From NCBI GenBank assembly GCA_048201935.1, contig DBFBGR010000024.1, positions 41,322 to 105,321 on the forward strand: DNA of 64,000 nucleotides. The letters are read 5' to 3'. The stretch comes from Oscillospiraceae bacterium. GTDB taxonomy: Bacteria; Bacillota; Clostridia; Oscillospirales; Oscillospiraceae. Numbering within the stretch: position 1 is the first letter of the stretch; the number at the start of each line of letters is the position of its first letter. The notes under the pieces were generated by a model, which worked only from the letters and a program-made list of their open reading frames with translations, did no database searches and had not been told where the DNA came from. Below, piece after piece: positions 1 through 8,606 of this stretch. A program made the translations under genes and the position numbers.

Positions 1-1
1 C

Positions 2-298
2 TTGGCGGATAAGGAAAACGACTACGTCCGTGTGACCCTCACCGGCGAGTCCGAGCCTCTGGACCTGCCCGCTCTGCGCACACGGCTGGAGCCCCTTTGC
101 CGGGTGCTGGAGCTCCGGGACGAGACCGTGCCGCCCCTGGACCTGTGGGCCAGGGCCGGGGAGGACACCCTGACGGGCCACTTCGTCCGGGAACTGCGCG
201 CTCGGTTGGACAACGCCGACGAAGCCGACAAGCCCCGGCTGCTGGCCGCCCTGCGCTGGGGCCTGGCCGCATTGGAGGGAAGGGAGGGTCCCCAATGA
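2..298 (+). CDS. 3' end of a YhaO/SbcD-like DNA-repair exonuclease (metallophosphoesterase) gene; 5' end outside the window
   Basis: Open frame enters from the window edge. Its TGA (296-298) overlaps the ATG (295) of the following SbcC/YhaN-like ATPase (ATGA coupling). Product assigned from this conserved gene pairing only; no catalytic motif lies inside the window. Confidence 0.4.
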   Translation: MADKENDYVRVTLTGESEPLDLPALRTRLEPLCRVLELRDETVPPLDLWARAGEDTLTGHFVRELRARLDNADEADKPRLLAALRWGLAALEGREGPQ

Positions 299-2103
299 AC
301 ATCCTCTCTATGACCGCCACCTTCGGCTGCCTGGACCAGGCCACGCTGACCCTCCATGAGGGGCTCAACCTGCTGGAGCTGCCCAACGAGAGCGGCAAAT
401 CCACCTGGTGCGCCTTTCTCCGGGCCATGCTCTACGGCCTGGAGAGCCGCAAGGGCGGCGCGCTGTCCGAGCGCAACCGCTACACCCCCTGGTCCGGGGC
501 CGCCATGAGCGGCAGTATGGACCTTGTTTGGCAGGGAAAAGCCATCACCCTGCGCCGCTTCGGCAAGGGGTCCAATCCCTTCGGCGGCTTCCAGGCGGTA
601 TACACCGGCACCGAGGAGGCCGTCCCCGGCCTCACCGCCGACAACGCCGGGGAAATGCTGCTGGGCGTGACCAAGGAGGTCTTCCAGCGCACCTGCTTCA
701 TCCCCCAAGGCGGGCTCCAGGTGGACCAGTCCGGCGACTTAGAGCGCCGTGTGGCCGCCCTGGCGGCCTCGGGGGAGGAGGACGTATCCTACTCCGACGC
801 GGAAAAACGCCTGCGAGACTGGCGCAACCAGCGCCAGTCCAACCGGGCCAACGGTACGCTGCCCAAGCTCCGCACCCAGCTTTCGGAGGTCCAGGCCCAG
901 CGCCAGCGGCTGCTGGACGCCCGGGCCAAGGGGACCCAGGCCCAGAGCCAGCTGGAGAGCCTGGAGACCGAGCTACAAGAGGTCGGGCAGGACCTGGCCC
1001 GACACGAGCGCGCCGCCCAGGCCCAGCGCGCCGCCGACCAGCGAGAGCGCTACGAGCGCGCCGCCCAGCGGCTGGCCCAGGCAGAGGACGCTCTGGCCCA
1101 AGCACAAGCGGAGGAGTCACAGGCCCGGAGCGCCGTGCCCCCGGAGCCCGGCAACGGCTGGGCGGGACGGCTGGCCCTGAGCTTGACGCTACTGGCCGGG
1201 TGCGCGCTGATGGTGTGCGCCGTGGTCTTCTCCCTGTGGCCCCTGGCCCTGGGGGGACTGTCCCTGCTGAACATCGGGGCCCTGGGCACCCATCTGCTGA
1301 ACAAGGCCCGCAAGGCCGCCCAGGCCGCCTTTGACCAGGCCCGGGCCGCTCTGACCGCGGCCCAGGAAAAGACCCAGGCCGCTCAGGCTGAACACATCGC
1401 CGCCCAGGCCGCCTGGGAGGCCATCTCCGCTCAGGGTGAGCCCCCGGCCCCCGTGGCGGTGGACGACCAGCCCCGCCGCGCGCTGGCCGACGACCAGCTT
1501 TGCCAGCGGCGGCTCACCGAGGCCGTGGCCCTGTGCCGGGCCCAAATGGCCCGGTCCCAGGGCGAGGAGGAGGCCCTGGGCGGGCTGGCTCCCATGGACG
1601 AGACCGAGCGGGCTCTCACCGAGCGTATTGCCCAAGAGGAGGAGGAGCTGGCCGCGCTGGAGCTGGCTCTGGAAGCCTTGGACGCGGCCAACGCCAGCTT
1701 ACGTTCCCGGTTCTCCCCGGCGCTGAACGCCCAGGCCGGGGCCATTTTGAGCCGCCTCACCGGCGGGAAATATACCGCTTTGACCTTTACCCGGGCCTTC
1801 GAGGCCCTGGCCCAGACCCCCGCCGGGGCCCGCTCGGCCCAGCTTTTGAGCCAGGGCACCGCCGACCAGACCTATCTGGCCCTGCGGCTGGCCCTGTGCC
1901 GCCTGGCCCTGAGCGGAGACGACACGCCGCCGGTGGTGCTGGACGACGCGCTGGTGTGCTTTGACGATACCCGGCTGGCCCTGGCCCTGGAGGTGCTGGG
2001 CGAGCTGGCCCGGGAGCGGCAGGTCCTGCTCTTTACCTGCCAAAGCCGCGAGCGGCTTGCAATTTCCCAGCGGAACCCTTATAATGATGGCGACATATCT
2101 TGA
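295..2103 (+). CDS. SbcC/YhaN-like AAA/ABC-type ATPase with coiled coil and a central membrane hairpin
   Basis: ATG 295 is preceded by GGAGGGAAGGGAGG. Walker A-like LELPNESGKSTW near the N-terminus, long Q/A/E/R-rich coiled coil, two hydrophobic helices (LALSLTLLAGCALMVCAVVFSLWPLALGGLSLL), C-terminal Walker B-like VVLDDALVCFDD. The ORF-track start at 97 adds a P/G/R-rich extension and was not used. Confidence 0.7.
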   Translation: MNILSMTATFGCLDQATLTLHEGLNLLELPNESGKSTWCAFLRAMLYGLESRKGGALSERNRYTPWSGAAMSGSMDLVWQGKAITLRRFGKGSNPFGGFQAVYTGTEEAVPGLTADNAGEMLLGVTKEVFQRTCFIPQGGLQVDQSGDLERRVAALAASGEEDVSYSDAEKRLRDWRNQRQSNRANGTLPKLRTQLSEVQAQRQRLLDARAKGTQAQSQLESLETELQEVGQDLARHERAAQAQRAADQRERYERAAQRLAQAEDALAQAQAEESQARSAVPPEPGNGWAGRLALSLTLLAGCALMVCAVVFSLWPLALGGLSLLNIGALGTHLLNKARKAAQAAFDQARAALTAAQEKTQAAQAEHIAAQAAWEAISAQGEPPAPVAVDDQPRRALADDQLCQRRLTEAVALCRAQMARSQGEEEALGGLAPMDETERALTERIAQEEEELAALELALEALDAANASLRSRFSPALNAQAGAILSRLTGGKYTALTFTRAFEALAQTPAGARSAQLLSQGTADQTYLALRLALCRLALSGDDTPPVVLDDALVCFDDTRLALALEVLGELARERQVLLFTCQSRERLAISQRNPYNDGDIS

Positions 2104-2121
2104 GTTTGGAGGGATACCCAA

Positions 2122-2733
2122 ATGATCCCCGAGCGTGAAGAAACATCCAAAAAGAAGGAAGCGGACCAGCCCCAGCCCATGTACCGGCCCCAGGGCCTGG
2201 CCCAGAGCTTTACCGCCGGTCTCTACGGCTGGCTCCAGCCCATTTTGTTTGCCCTGGCGGTGCTTTTCGTGGTGTCCACCTTCCTGGGCCGCCTCATCGG
2301 CGTGGACGGCTGCTCCATGGTGCCCACCCTCCACGACGGCGATATGCTGCTGCTGCGTAGCATTGGCTACGACCCTGCCCCCGGAGACGTGGTGGTGCTG
2401 GCCGAGGAGTCCTTCCGGGACGGCTCGCCCATCGTCAAGCGGGTCATTGCCACCGCCGGACAGCGTGTGGACATCGACTACGACGCCCACACCGTGTCCG
2501 TGGACGGCAAGGTCCTCGACGAGCCCTACCTGGACCCGGGCGACCCCATGGTGGCCAAGCACGAGGCGGTGAACAACCACCTCACCGTCCCCGACGGGCA
2601 CATCTTCGTCATGGGGGACAACCGCAACAACTCCACCGACTCGCGCTACGCCGAGGTGGGCATGGTGGACGAGCGGTGCGTCATCGGCCAGGCGGTGTGG
2701 AGCCTGAAGCCCTTTGGGAGGATCGGCGGATGA
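2122..2733 (+). CDS. lepB: signal peptidase I
   Basis: GGAGGG RBS 8 nt upstream of the ATG. N-terminal TM helix. Catalytic boxes GCSMVPTL (Ser), VKRVIATAGQRV (Lys) and GDNRNNSTDSRY. Confidence 0.9.
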   Translation: MIPEREETSKKKEADQPQPMYRPQGLAQSFTAGLYGWLQPILFALAVLFVVSTFLGRLIGVDGCSMVPTLHDGDMLLLRSIGYDPAPGDVVVLAEESFRDGSPIVKRVIATAGQRVDIDYDAHTVSVDGKVLDEPYLDPGDPMVAKHEAVNNHLTVPDGHIFVMGDNRNNSTDSRYAEVGMVDERCVIGQAVWSLKPFGRIGG

Positions 2734-2978
2734 GACTGGATAAATGGCTGAAGGTCTCCCGGCTCATCAAGCGCCGCACCGTGGCCAACGAGGCCTGCGA
2801 CAACGACCGCGTCTGGGTCAACGGCAAGCCCCAGCGGGCCTCCTATGACGTAAAGCTGGGGGACGTGATCGACCTGCATTTCGGCCAGCGTGTCACCCGG
2901 GTAGAGGTGCTGGCCATCGACGAGCACGCGCAGAAGGACGAGGCCGCGGCCCTCTACCGGGAGCTGGGCGGCGGATAA
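2730..2978 (+). CDS. small S4-domain RNA-binding protein (Hsp15/YaaA-like)
   Basis: ATG overlaps the lepB stop (ATGA). MRLDKWLKVSRLIKRRTVANEACDNDRVWVNGKPQRASYDVKLGDVI is a typical S4 alpha-L motif. Confidence 0.75.
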   Translation: MRLDKWLKVSRLIKRRTVANEACDNDRVWVNGKPQRASYDVKLGDVIDLHFGQRVTRVEVLAIDEHAQKDEAAALYRELGGG

Positions 2979-3009
2979 GTCCGCCGTTTCATTCCTTAGG
3001 AGGGATAGC

Positions 3010-3615
3010 TTGACCCAACGCAAGACCGCCCTGGGGACCTACGCCATCATGGCCTTGGGGTCCTTCATCCTGGCCTTTGGGCTCTATAATATCCACGTTC
3101 AATCCGGCGTGACCGAGGGCGGCATCTTAGGCGCCACCCTTCTTTTTCGCCACTTTTTCAGCCTGTCGCCCAGTATCAGCGAGATCGTGCTGGACCTCAT
3201 CTGCTACTTAGCGGCCTTTCGGGTACTGGGCAAGGGCTTTGCCAAAAACGCCATCATCTCCACGCTGCTCTACGCCGGCTTTTACGCCATTTTGGAGCAG
3301 TTTCCCCCCGTGGTCCATGATCTTTCCGCCTACCCCTGGCTGGCGGCGGTGCTGGGGGCGCTGTTCGTGGGCGTAGGCGTGGGGTTGGTGGTGGGCGCCG
3401 GCGGCGCCTGCTGCGGCGACGACGCGCTGGCCCTGACCATCTCCAAGCTCACCGGCTGGGACGTGGGGCGGAGCTACTTTATCACCGACCTCACTGTCCT
3501 CACCCTGTCGCTGAGCTATATCCCGCCTGCAAGGCTGGTGTGGTCGCTGCTCAGCGTCACCCTCTCCTCGGCCATCATCAGCCTGATGCAGCGGCCTAGG
3601 GAGGCGTTAACGTGA
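3010..3615 (+). CDS. YitT/YczE-family integral membrane protein
   Basis: TTG start 5 nt after AGGAGGG. About 5-6 hydrophobic helices; the N-terminus (ALGSFILAFGLYNIHVQSGVTEGGILG) resembles the YitT/YczE family. An ATG at 3049 is an alternative start. Confidence 0.55.
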   Translation: MTQRKTALGTYAIMALGSFILAFGLYNIHVQSGVTEGGILGATLLFRHFFSLSPSISEIVLDLICYLAAFRVLGKGFAKNAIISTLLYAGFYAILEQFPPVVHDLSAYPWLAAVLGALFVGVGVGLVVGAGGACCGDDALALTISKLTGWDVGRSYFITDLTVLTLSLSYIPPARLVWSLLSVTLSSAIISLMQRPREALT

Positions 3616-4268
3616 AAAAGTCCCTGCTGGACCTGCTGTTTCCGCCCCGGTGTCCCTTCTGCCGCAAGGTGCTGGAGACCGAGACCATCTGCCCCGACTG
3701 CCAAAAGGGCCTTCCCTGGCTGGTGGGCCGCCGGGCCCAGCGGTTTCCCGAGCACGTGGAGCTGTGCGTCTCGCCCCTTGGCTACGAGGGTCTGGTCCGT
3801 GGCTGTATCCACCGCTACAAATTTGGCCGCCGCCGTGGCTACGTCCGGGTGCTGGGCCCTTTATGCGCCCAGGCAGTCCAGGACCACATGGCCCAGCAAC
3901 GCTTTGACCTCGTCTCCTGGCCGCCGCTGTCGGCCAAGGGCCTGAAGAAGCGGGGCTTTGACCAGGCCCGGCTGCTGGCCCAGGCCGTGGCCCAGAGCCG
4001 GGACATGACGGAAACGCCCCTTTTTCGCAAAGCTGAGACCGCCCAGCAATCCGCCCTCCGGGCTCCGTCGGCCCGGAGGGCCAACGTGCTGGCGGCCTTT
4101 ACCCTTTTAGACCCCGCGCTGGTGGCGGACAAGTCCATTTTGCTGGTGGACGACGTAGTCACCTCGGGCTCCACGTTGTCCGAATGCGCCCGGGTGCTGC
4201 TCACCGCCGGGGCCCGGGAGGTGTGGGCGGTGACGTTGGCCTCGGCCAAGGGGCACGAGTGCGCATAA
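3612..4268 (+). CDS. comFC: ComF-family protein (phosphoribosyltransferase-like, competence ComFC)
   Basis: GTG overlaps the upstream stop (GTGA). N-terminal zinc-finger Cys pairs (CPFC...CPDC) and C-terminal PRT motif ILLVDDVVTSGSTL. Confidence 0.85.
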   Translation: MKKSLLDLLFPPRCPFCRKVLETETICPDCQKGLPWLVGRRAQRFPEHVELCVSPLGYEGLVRGCIHRYKFGRRRGYVRVLGPLCAQAVQDHMAQQRFDLVSWPPLSAKGLKKRGFDQARLLAQAVAQSRDMTETPLFRKAETAQQSALRAPSARRANVLAAFTLLDPALVADKSILLVDDVVTSGSTLSECARVLLTAGAREVWAVTLASAKGHECA

Positions 4269-4362
4269 AAAGCTTGCAAAACACGCCGCTGTCGGATATA
4301 ATAGCGGAAGTGGCATTTTCATCCGACGACACAATACGTGGAACATACAAGAGGTGCAAAGA

Positions 4363-5385
4363 ATGTTTAGTAAAGATATCGGCATCGACCTGGGTACCGC
4401 CTCCGTTCTGGTCTTCGTCCAGGGCAAGGGCGTGGTGCTCCGGGAGCCCAGCGTGGTCGCCATCGACCGCAACTCCGGCCGCCTTCTGAAGGTGGGCGAG
4501 GACGCCCAGCAGATGCTGGGCCGCACCCCGGGCAACATCGTGGCCATCCGGCCTTTGCGCGAGGGCGTTATCTCCGACTACGACATGACCGAGCGCATGC
4601 TCCGGGAGTTCATCCACAAGGTCTCCACCTTCCGCATCTTCAAGCCCCGGGTGGTCATCTGCGTCCCCTCGGGCATCACCGAGGTGGAGGAGCGCGCCGT
4701 CATCGACGCGGGCATCCAGGCCGGCGCCCGGAGAGTGTACCTCATCGAGGAGCCTCTGGCCGCCGCCATCGGCGCGGGCATCGACATCACCAAGCCCGAC
4801 GGCCACATGGTGGTCGACATCGGCGGCGGCACCACCGACATCGCCGTCATCTCCCTCAGCGGCATCGTGGAGTCCGCCTCCATCAAGATCGCCGGCGACC
4901 AGTTTGACGAGGCGGTGGTAAAATACATCCGCCGCAAGCACAACGTCCTCATCGGTGAGCGCACCGCCGAGGAGCTGAAGAAGGAGATCGGCTGCGTCTT
5001 CCCCCGGCCCGAGGAGCAGAGCGTGGAGGTCAAGGGCCGCTGCCTGGTCACCGGCCTGCCCAGGGTGTTCACCGTCACCTCTTCCGAGATGATCGAGGCC
5101 TTCGAGGAGGTCTCCACCCGCATCCTGGAGGCCATCCACGGCGTTTTGGAGCGCACGCCCCCCGAGCTGGTGGCCGACATCTCCACCAACGGCATCGTTA
5201 TGACCGGCGGCGGCAGCCTGGTCTGGGGCTTTGATAAGCTCATCGAGAGCCACACCGGCATCGCCACCCACGTGGCCGACGACGCCATCTCCTGCGTGGC
5301 CTACGGCACCGGCAAGAGCCTGGAGTGGGTCAATGACATGCAGGACGGCACCATGAACATCTCGAGACAGAAGCAGATGAACTAA
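4363..5385 (+). CDS. mreB: rod-shape-determining actin homologue MreB
   Basis: AAGAGG RBS 8 nt upstream of the ATG. MFSKDIGIDLGTASVLVFVQGKGVVLREPSVVAI, DIGGGTTD and MTGGGSL actin-fold motifs. Confidence 0.95.
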   Translation: MFSKDIGIDLGTASVLVFVQGKGVVLREPSVVAIDRNSGRLLKVGEDAQQMLGRTPGNIVAIRPLREGVISDYDMTERMLREFIHKVSTFRIFKPRVVICVPSGITEVEERAVIDAGIQAGARRVYLIEEPLAAAIGAGIDITKPDGHMVVDIGGGTTDIAVISLSGIVESASIKIAGDQFDEAVVKYIRRKHNVLIGERTAEELKKEIGCVFPRPEEQSVEVKGRCLVTGLPRVFTVTSSEMIEAFEEVSTRILEAIHGVLERTPPELVADISTNGIVMTGGGSLVWGFDKLIESHTGIATHVADDAISCVAYGTGKSLEWVNDMQDGTMNISRQKQMN

Positions 5386-5387
5386 GG

Positions 5388-5527
5388 AAGCGCGAGGGTA
5401 GGCGCGCCGGGGACGATGGAGCGGCGACAGGCCAAAAGCAGGCGAACGCCGTAGGCGTGAGCGGCATTTTGGCCGCGCAGCCGCGAAGCGACCCCGACAA
5501 GCGCGCCCAACCCGAGCGTGACAGCCC
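5388..5527 (+). repeat. copy 1 of a ~140-nt GC-rich structured intergenic element (3 copies in window)
   Basis: Starts 2 nt after the mreB TAA. Differs at only 2 positions from 55473-55613 and is clearly homologous to the reverse complement of 48495-48629. Folds as a nested rod: GGCGCGC 5401-5407/GCGCGCC 5501-5507, GGGG/CCCC, GCGGC 5421-5425/GCCGC 5480-5484, GGCCAAAA 5430-5437/TTTTGGCC 5467-5474, ACGCC-GTA-GGCGT 5446-5458. Confidence 0.85.
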
Positions 5528-5538
5528 ATAAACACAGC

Positions 5539-5573
5539 AAAAACGGCGGCCCCAAGTGGGGCCGCCGTTTTTC
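5539..5573. terminator. bidirectional intrinsic terminator between mreB (+) and metK (-)
   Basis: AAAAACGGCGGCCCC-AAGT-GGGGCCGCCGTTTTT: an 11-bp GC stem flanked by an A-run and a T-run. Confidence 0.85.
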
Positions 5574-5588
5574 TCGGTTTTTTCGGCG

Positions 5589-6770
5589 TTATCGAGCCGC
5601 CTTCAAAGTCTTCGCCATGTCGGTGCGCTCCCAGGGGAGGTCGAGATCCGTGCGGCCAAAGTGGCCGTAGGCGGCGGTCTGGCGGTAGATGGGCTTGCGA
5701 AGGTCCAGCGTCTCGATGATCTTGGCCGGGCGGAGGTCGAAGTGGGCCTTGACGATCTCTGCCAGCCGCTCATCGCTGACCGCGCCAGTGCCGTAGCTCT
5801 CCACCAGCACGCTGACGGGGTTGGCCACGCCGATGGCGTAGGCCACCTCGATCTGGCAGCGGCGGCACAGACCCGCGGCCACCAGGTTCTTGGCGATGTA
5901 CCGGGCCATGTAGGCGCCACTGCGGTCCACCTTGGTGGGGTCCTTGCCGCTGAAGCAGCCGCCGCCGTGGCCGGCCACGCCGCCGTAGGTGTCCACGATG
6001 ATCTTCCGGCCCGTCAGGCCGGTGTCGCCCACGGGGCCGCCCACCACGAAGCGTCCGGTGGGGTTGATGAAGAGCTTGGTGTCCTGGTCCAGATAGCCTT
6101 CGGGGATGGCGGGGCGGATGATGGTCTCGGTGACGGCCTGGCGCAGCTCCTTGAGACCGATGTCCGGGTCGTGCTGGGTGGAGACCACGATGGCGGGGCA
6201 GCGGAGGACCTTACCCTCGCTGTCATACTCCACGGTGACCTGGCTCTTGCCGTCGGGCCGCAGCCAGCTAAGCTCCCCGCTCTTGCGGGCCTGGGCCAGC
6301 CGCCGGGTCAGGGCGTGGGCCAGGGCGATGGGGGCGGGCATCAGCTCCGGGGTCTCGTCGCAGGCGTAGCCGAACATCATCCCCTGGTCCCCGGCGCCCA
6401 CCACGTCGGCGGGGTCGCTACCGCCGTTTTGGTGCTCATAGGACTGGTTCACGCCCATAGCGATGTCCGGGGACTGGGCGTCGATGGCGGTCATGACGGC
6501 GCAGGAGCGGTAGTCAAAGCCGTATTCGGGGTCGGTGTAGCCGATGTCCTGGATGGTCTTGCGGGCGATGGCGGCGATGTCGCAGTAGTGCTGGGTGCTG
6601 ATCTCGCCCATGACGGTGACCATGCCGGTGGTGGCGAAGGTCTCGCAGGCCACGTGGGCCTGGGGGTCGTGGGCCAGGATGTCGTCCAGCACGGCGTCGG
6701 AGATCTGGTCGCAGAGCTTGTCGGGATGGCCCTCGGTGACGGATTCTGAGGTGAAAATGCGATTGCTCAT
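5589..6770 (-). CDS. metK: S-adenosylmethionine synthase
   Basis: [41 protein letters not shown] and [19 protein letters not shown] signature motifs. The start at 6770 is preferred over the ORF-track 6800. Confidence 0.95.
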   Translation of the reverse strand: MSNRIFTSESVTEGHPDKLCDQISDAVLDDILAHDPQAHVACETFATTGMVTVMGEISTQHYCDIAAIARKTIQDIGYTDPEYGFDYRSCAVMTAIDAQSPDIAMGVNQSYEHQNGGSDPADVVGAGDQGMMFGYACDETPELMPAPIALAHALTRRLAQARKSGELSWLRPDGKSQVTVEYDSEGKVLRCPAIVVSTQHDPDIGLKELRQAVTETIIRPAIPEGYLDQDTKLFINPTGRFVVGGPVGDTGLTGRKIIVDTYGGVAGHGGGCFSGKDPTKVDRSGAYMARYIAKNLVAAGLCRRCQIEVAYAIGVANPVSVLVESYGTGAVSDERLAEIVKAHFDLRPAKIIETLDLRKPIYRQTAAYGHFGRTDLDLPWERTDMAKTLKAAR

Positions 6771-6798
6771 GGTTTTCTTCCTTTCTTTTTTGAGGCAC

Positions 6799-6920
6799 AA
6801 AAAAGCGCTCCGGCAGGAGCGCCCGCGTCCCTCCTTATCGTTGTCAGCGGAACCACCTTGCTTGACGCAGGTTGGTGTGGGGTCATGGAGCTGACTCTCT
6901 CGCCCACTCTTGATAACGGG
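6799..6920 (-). promoter_or_regulatory. SAM riboswitch (SAM-I-like core, apparently without a P4 hairpin) plus terminator, metK leader
   Basis: Minus-strand RNA: GUUAUCAAGAGUGGGCGAGAGAGUCAGCUCCAUGACCCCACACCAACCUGCGUCAAGCAAGGUGGUUCCGCUGACAACGAUAAGG. P1 is UUAUC/GAUAA; AAGAG, CCAACC...AAGGUGG (P3) and UUCC match SAM-I landmarks. Followed by GCGCUCC-UGCC-GGAGCGC-UUUUUU (plus 6800-6823) just upstream of the metK RBS. Confidence 0.75.
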
Positions 6921-7061
6921 GTATATTCAGTTGTTAAAAGTTATTCTACAATACCCGGCGAAAAAAGTCAAGCCCTGAAAAATTCATCCTTTCGCTATGG
7001 ACTTCCTTTCAAAAATGGGCTACAATAGGTACAATATTTCCCCACGAGAGGAGCGGCGCGG

Positions 7062-7937
7062 ATGCGAAGCGTAGATTCCTGGCTGGACCGGTTTGCCTTC
7101 AACCACCCCAAATTCGGCATTCCCCATCTGATGAACCTGATCATCATTGGGAATGTGCTCGTCTTTATCCTGGATATGTGCTCCAACGGCGCGGCCACCC
7201 TTCTGCTGGGCCTCTCTTTCCACGCCATTGGGGCGGGCGAGGTGTGGCGGCTGGTCACCTTTATCTTTGTCCCCGACTCCTTCCGGCCCCTGTGGTTCGT
7301 GGTGAGCATCTTCTTTTATTACTTTCTGGGCAACACCATGGAGCGGGAGTGGGGCACGGCCAAGTTCTCCCTGTTCTACCTCTGCGGGACACTGCTCACC
7401 ATGATCGCCGGGGCCGTGGTCCAACTGGGCTTTGGCATCCCCTATGTAATCACCCTGGGCTCGGTACATCAGACGCTGTTTCTGGCCTTTGCCACGCTGT
7501 TTCCCGAAGCCCCCATGCGGTTCTATTTTATCATCCCCATCAAGGCCAAGTGGCTGGCGCTACTTTACTTCATTATGGAGATCTGGTCGGTGCTGGGAGT
7601 GAACCGGCTCTTCCTCCCCCTGATCCTCCCCTTGGTCTTGCCCACCCTCATCGCCGCGTGGATCAACTACCTGCTGTTCTTCTGGACGCCGGTGAAAAAC
7701 CTGGTGAACCGGGCCTTTGGCCGGGCCAAGCACCAAAGCTCCAAGCAGACGGTGAACTTCAAGGCCGCCCAGAAGAAAGCCAAGGAGACGAAGGGCTACC
7801 TCCACAAGTGCGCCGTCTGCGGCAAAACTGACGCCGACGACCCCAATATGGAATTCCGCTACTGCTCCAAGTGCGACGGCTATTACTGCTACTGCATGGA
7901 CCACATCAACAACCACGTCCACGTCAAGGAGAGCTGA
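7062..7937 (+). CDS. rhomboid-like polytopic membrane protein with C-terminal Cys/His zinc-ribbon tail
   Basis: About 6 TM helices; the GEVWRLVTFIFVP motif resembles the rhomboid WR..T..F.H box. Cytoplasmic tail HKCAVCGK...YCSKCDGYYCYCMDHINNHVH is Cys/His-rich. Confidence 0.5.
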   Translation: MRSVDSWLDRFAFNHPKFGIPHLMNLIIIGNVLVFILDMCSNGAATLLLGLSFHAIGAGEVWRLVTFIFVPDSFRPLWFVVSIFFYYFLGNTMEREWGTAKFSLFYLCGTLLTMIAGAVVQLGFGIPYVITLGSVHQTLFLAFATLFPEAPMRFYFIIPIKAKWLALLYFIMEIWSVLGVNRLFLPLILPLVLPTLIAAWINYLLFFWTPVKNLVNRAFGRAKHQSSKQTVNFKAAQKKAKETKGYLHKCAVCGKTDADDPNMEFRYCSKCDGYYCYCMDHINNHVHVKES

Positions 7938-7938
7938 C

Positions 7939-8604
7939 ATGAAGCTGGGCATCCTCTACGCCATGGAAAAAGAGGCCAAGGGCTTTGTTGCTAAGGGCCA
8001 AGCGAAGGGCCAGGTCCAGACTCTGCCCCAAGTGACGGGAATGGCCCTTTACGCGCTGCCAAAGGGCCATATCCTCTGCGTAGGCGGAGTGGGCAAGGTC
8101 AACGCCGCCATGGCGGCCCAAATGCTCATCGACCGTTTCTCTGTGGAGGCCATTTTGAATCCCGGCTGCGCCGGAGCGCTGACCGACCTTCCTGTAGGGA
8201 CGGTGGTGGCGGCCCGCCACTGCGTTCAGCACGACGTGGACACCTCGGTGTGCGGCGACCCGGTGGGCCTTGTGTCCACGGTGAACGTGGTGGAGCTTCC
8301 CTGCCGTCTGCCCAAGGCCCCCGGCCTTCTTCCCGGGGTGGTGGCCACCGGGGACTGGTTTGGCCGGGACCTTCATCGGGCACGGGCCATTCAAGAACAC
8401 TTTGGGGCGATGGTTTGCGACATGGAGGCCGGGGCCGCCGCCCAGGTGTGTCTGCGCCAGGGTCTTCCCTGCCTTGCCCTGAAGGCCGTCTCCGACCACC
8501 TCTTCTCCCCCGACCAGGGCCGGGAGTACCAAGAGAACTTTGCCGCCGCCATGGAGGCCCTGGACCGGGCCGTGGCGGCGGTCATCCGAGAAATGGAGGA
8601 CTAG
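7939..8604 (+). CDS. mtnN: 5'-methylthioadenosine/S-adenosylhomocysteine nucleosidase
   Basis: MKLGILYAMEKEA, GGVGKVNAAMAAQMLI, VATGDWF and VCDMEAGAAAQV match the Pfs/MtnN family. Confidence 0.85.
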   Translation: MKLGILYAMEKEAKGFVAKGQAKGQVQTLPQVTGMALYALPKGHILCVGGVGKVNAAMAAQMLIDRFSVEAILNPGCAGALTDLPVGTVVAARHCVQHDVDTSVCGDPVGLVSTVNVVELPCRLPKAPGLLPGVVATGDWFGRDLHRARAIQEHFGAMVCDMEAGAAAQVCLRQGLPCLALKAVSDHLFSPDQGREYQENFAAAMEALDRAVAAVIREMED

Positions 8605-8606
8605 AA

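Noticed and set aside
97-294. ORF-track N-terminal extensions: 97-294 of the ATPase gene, 8250-8606 of luxS, 6771-6800 of metK, 37041-37070 of the giant gene, 53134-53187 of comEB
   Set aside because: The extensions overlap upstream genes or translate to P/G/R-rich junk. Internal ATG codons with proper RBS spacing coincide with the conserved N-termini of the respective families.
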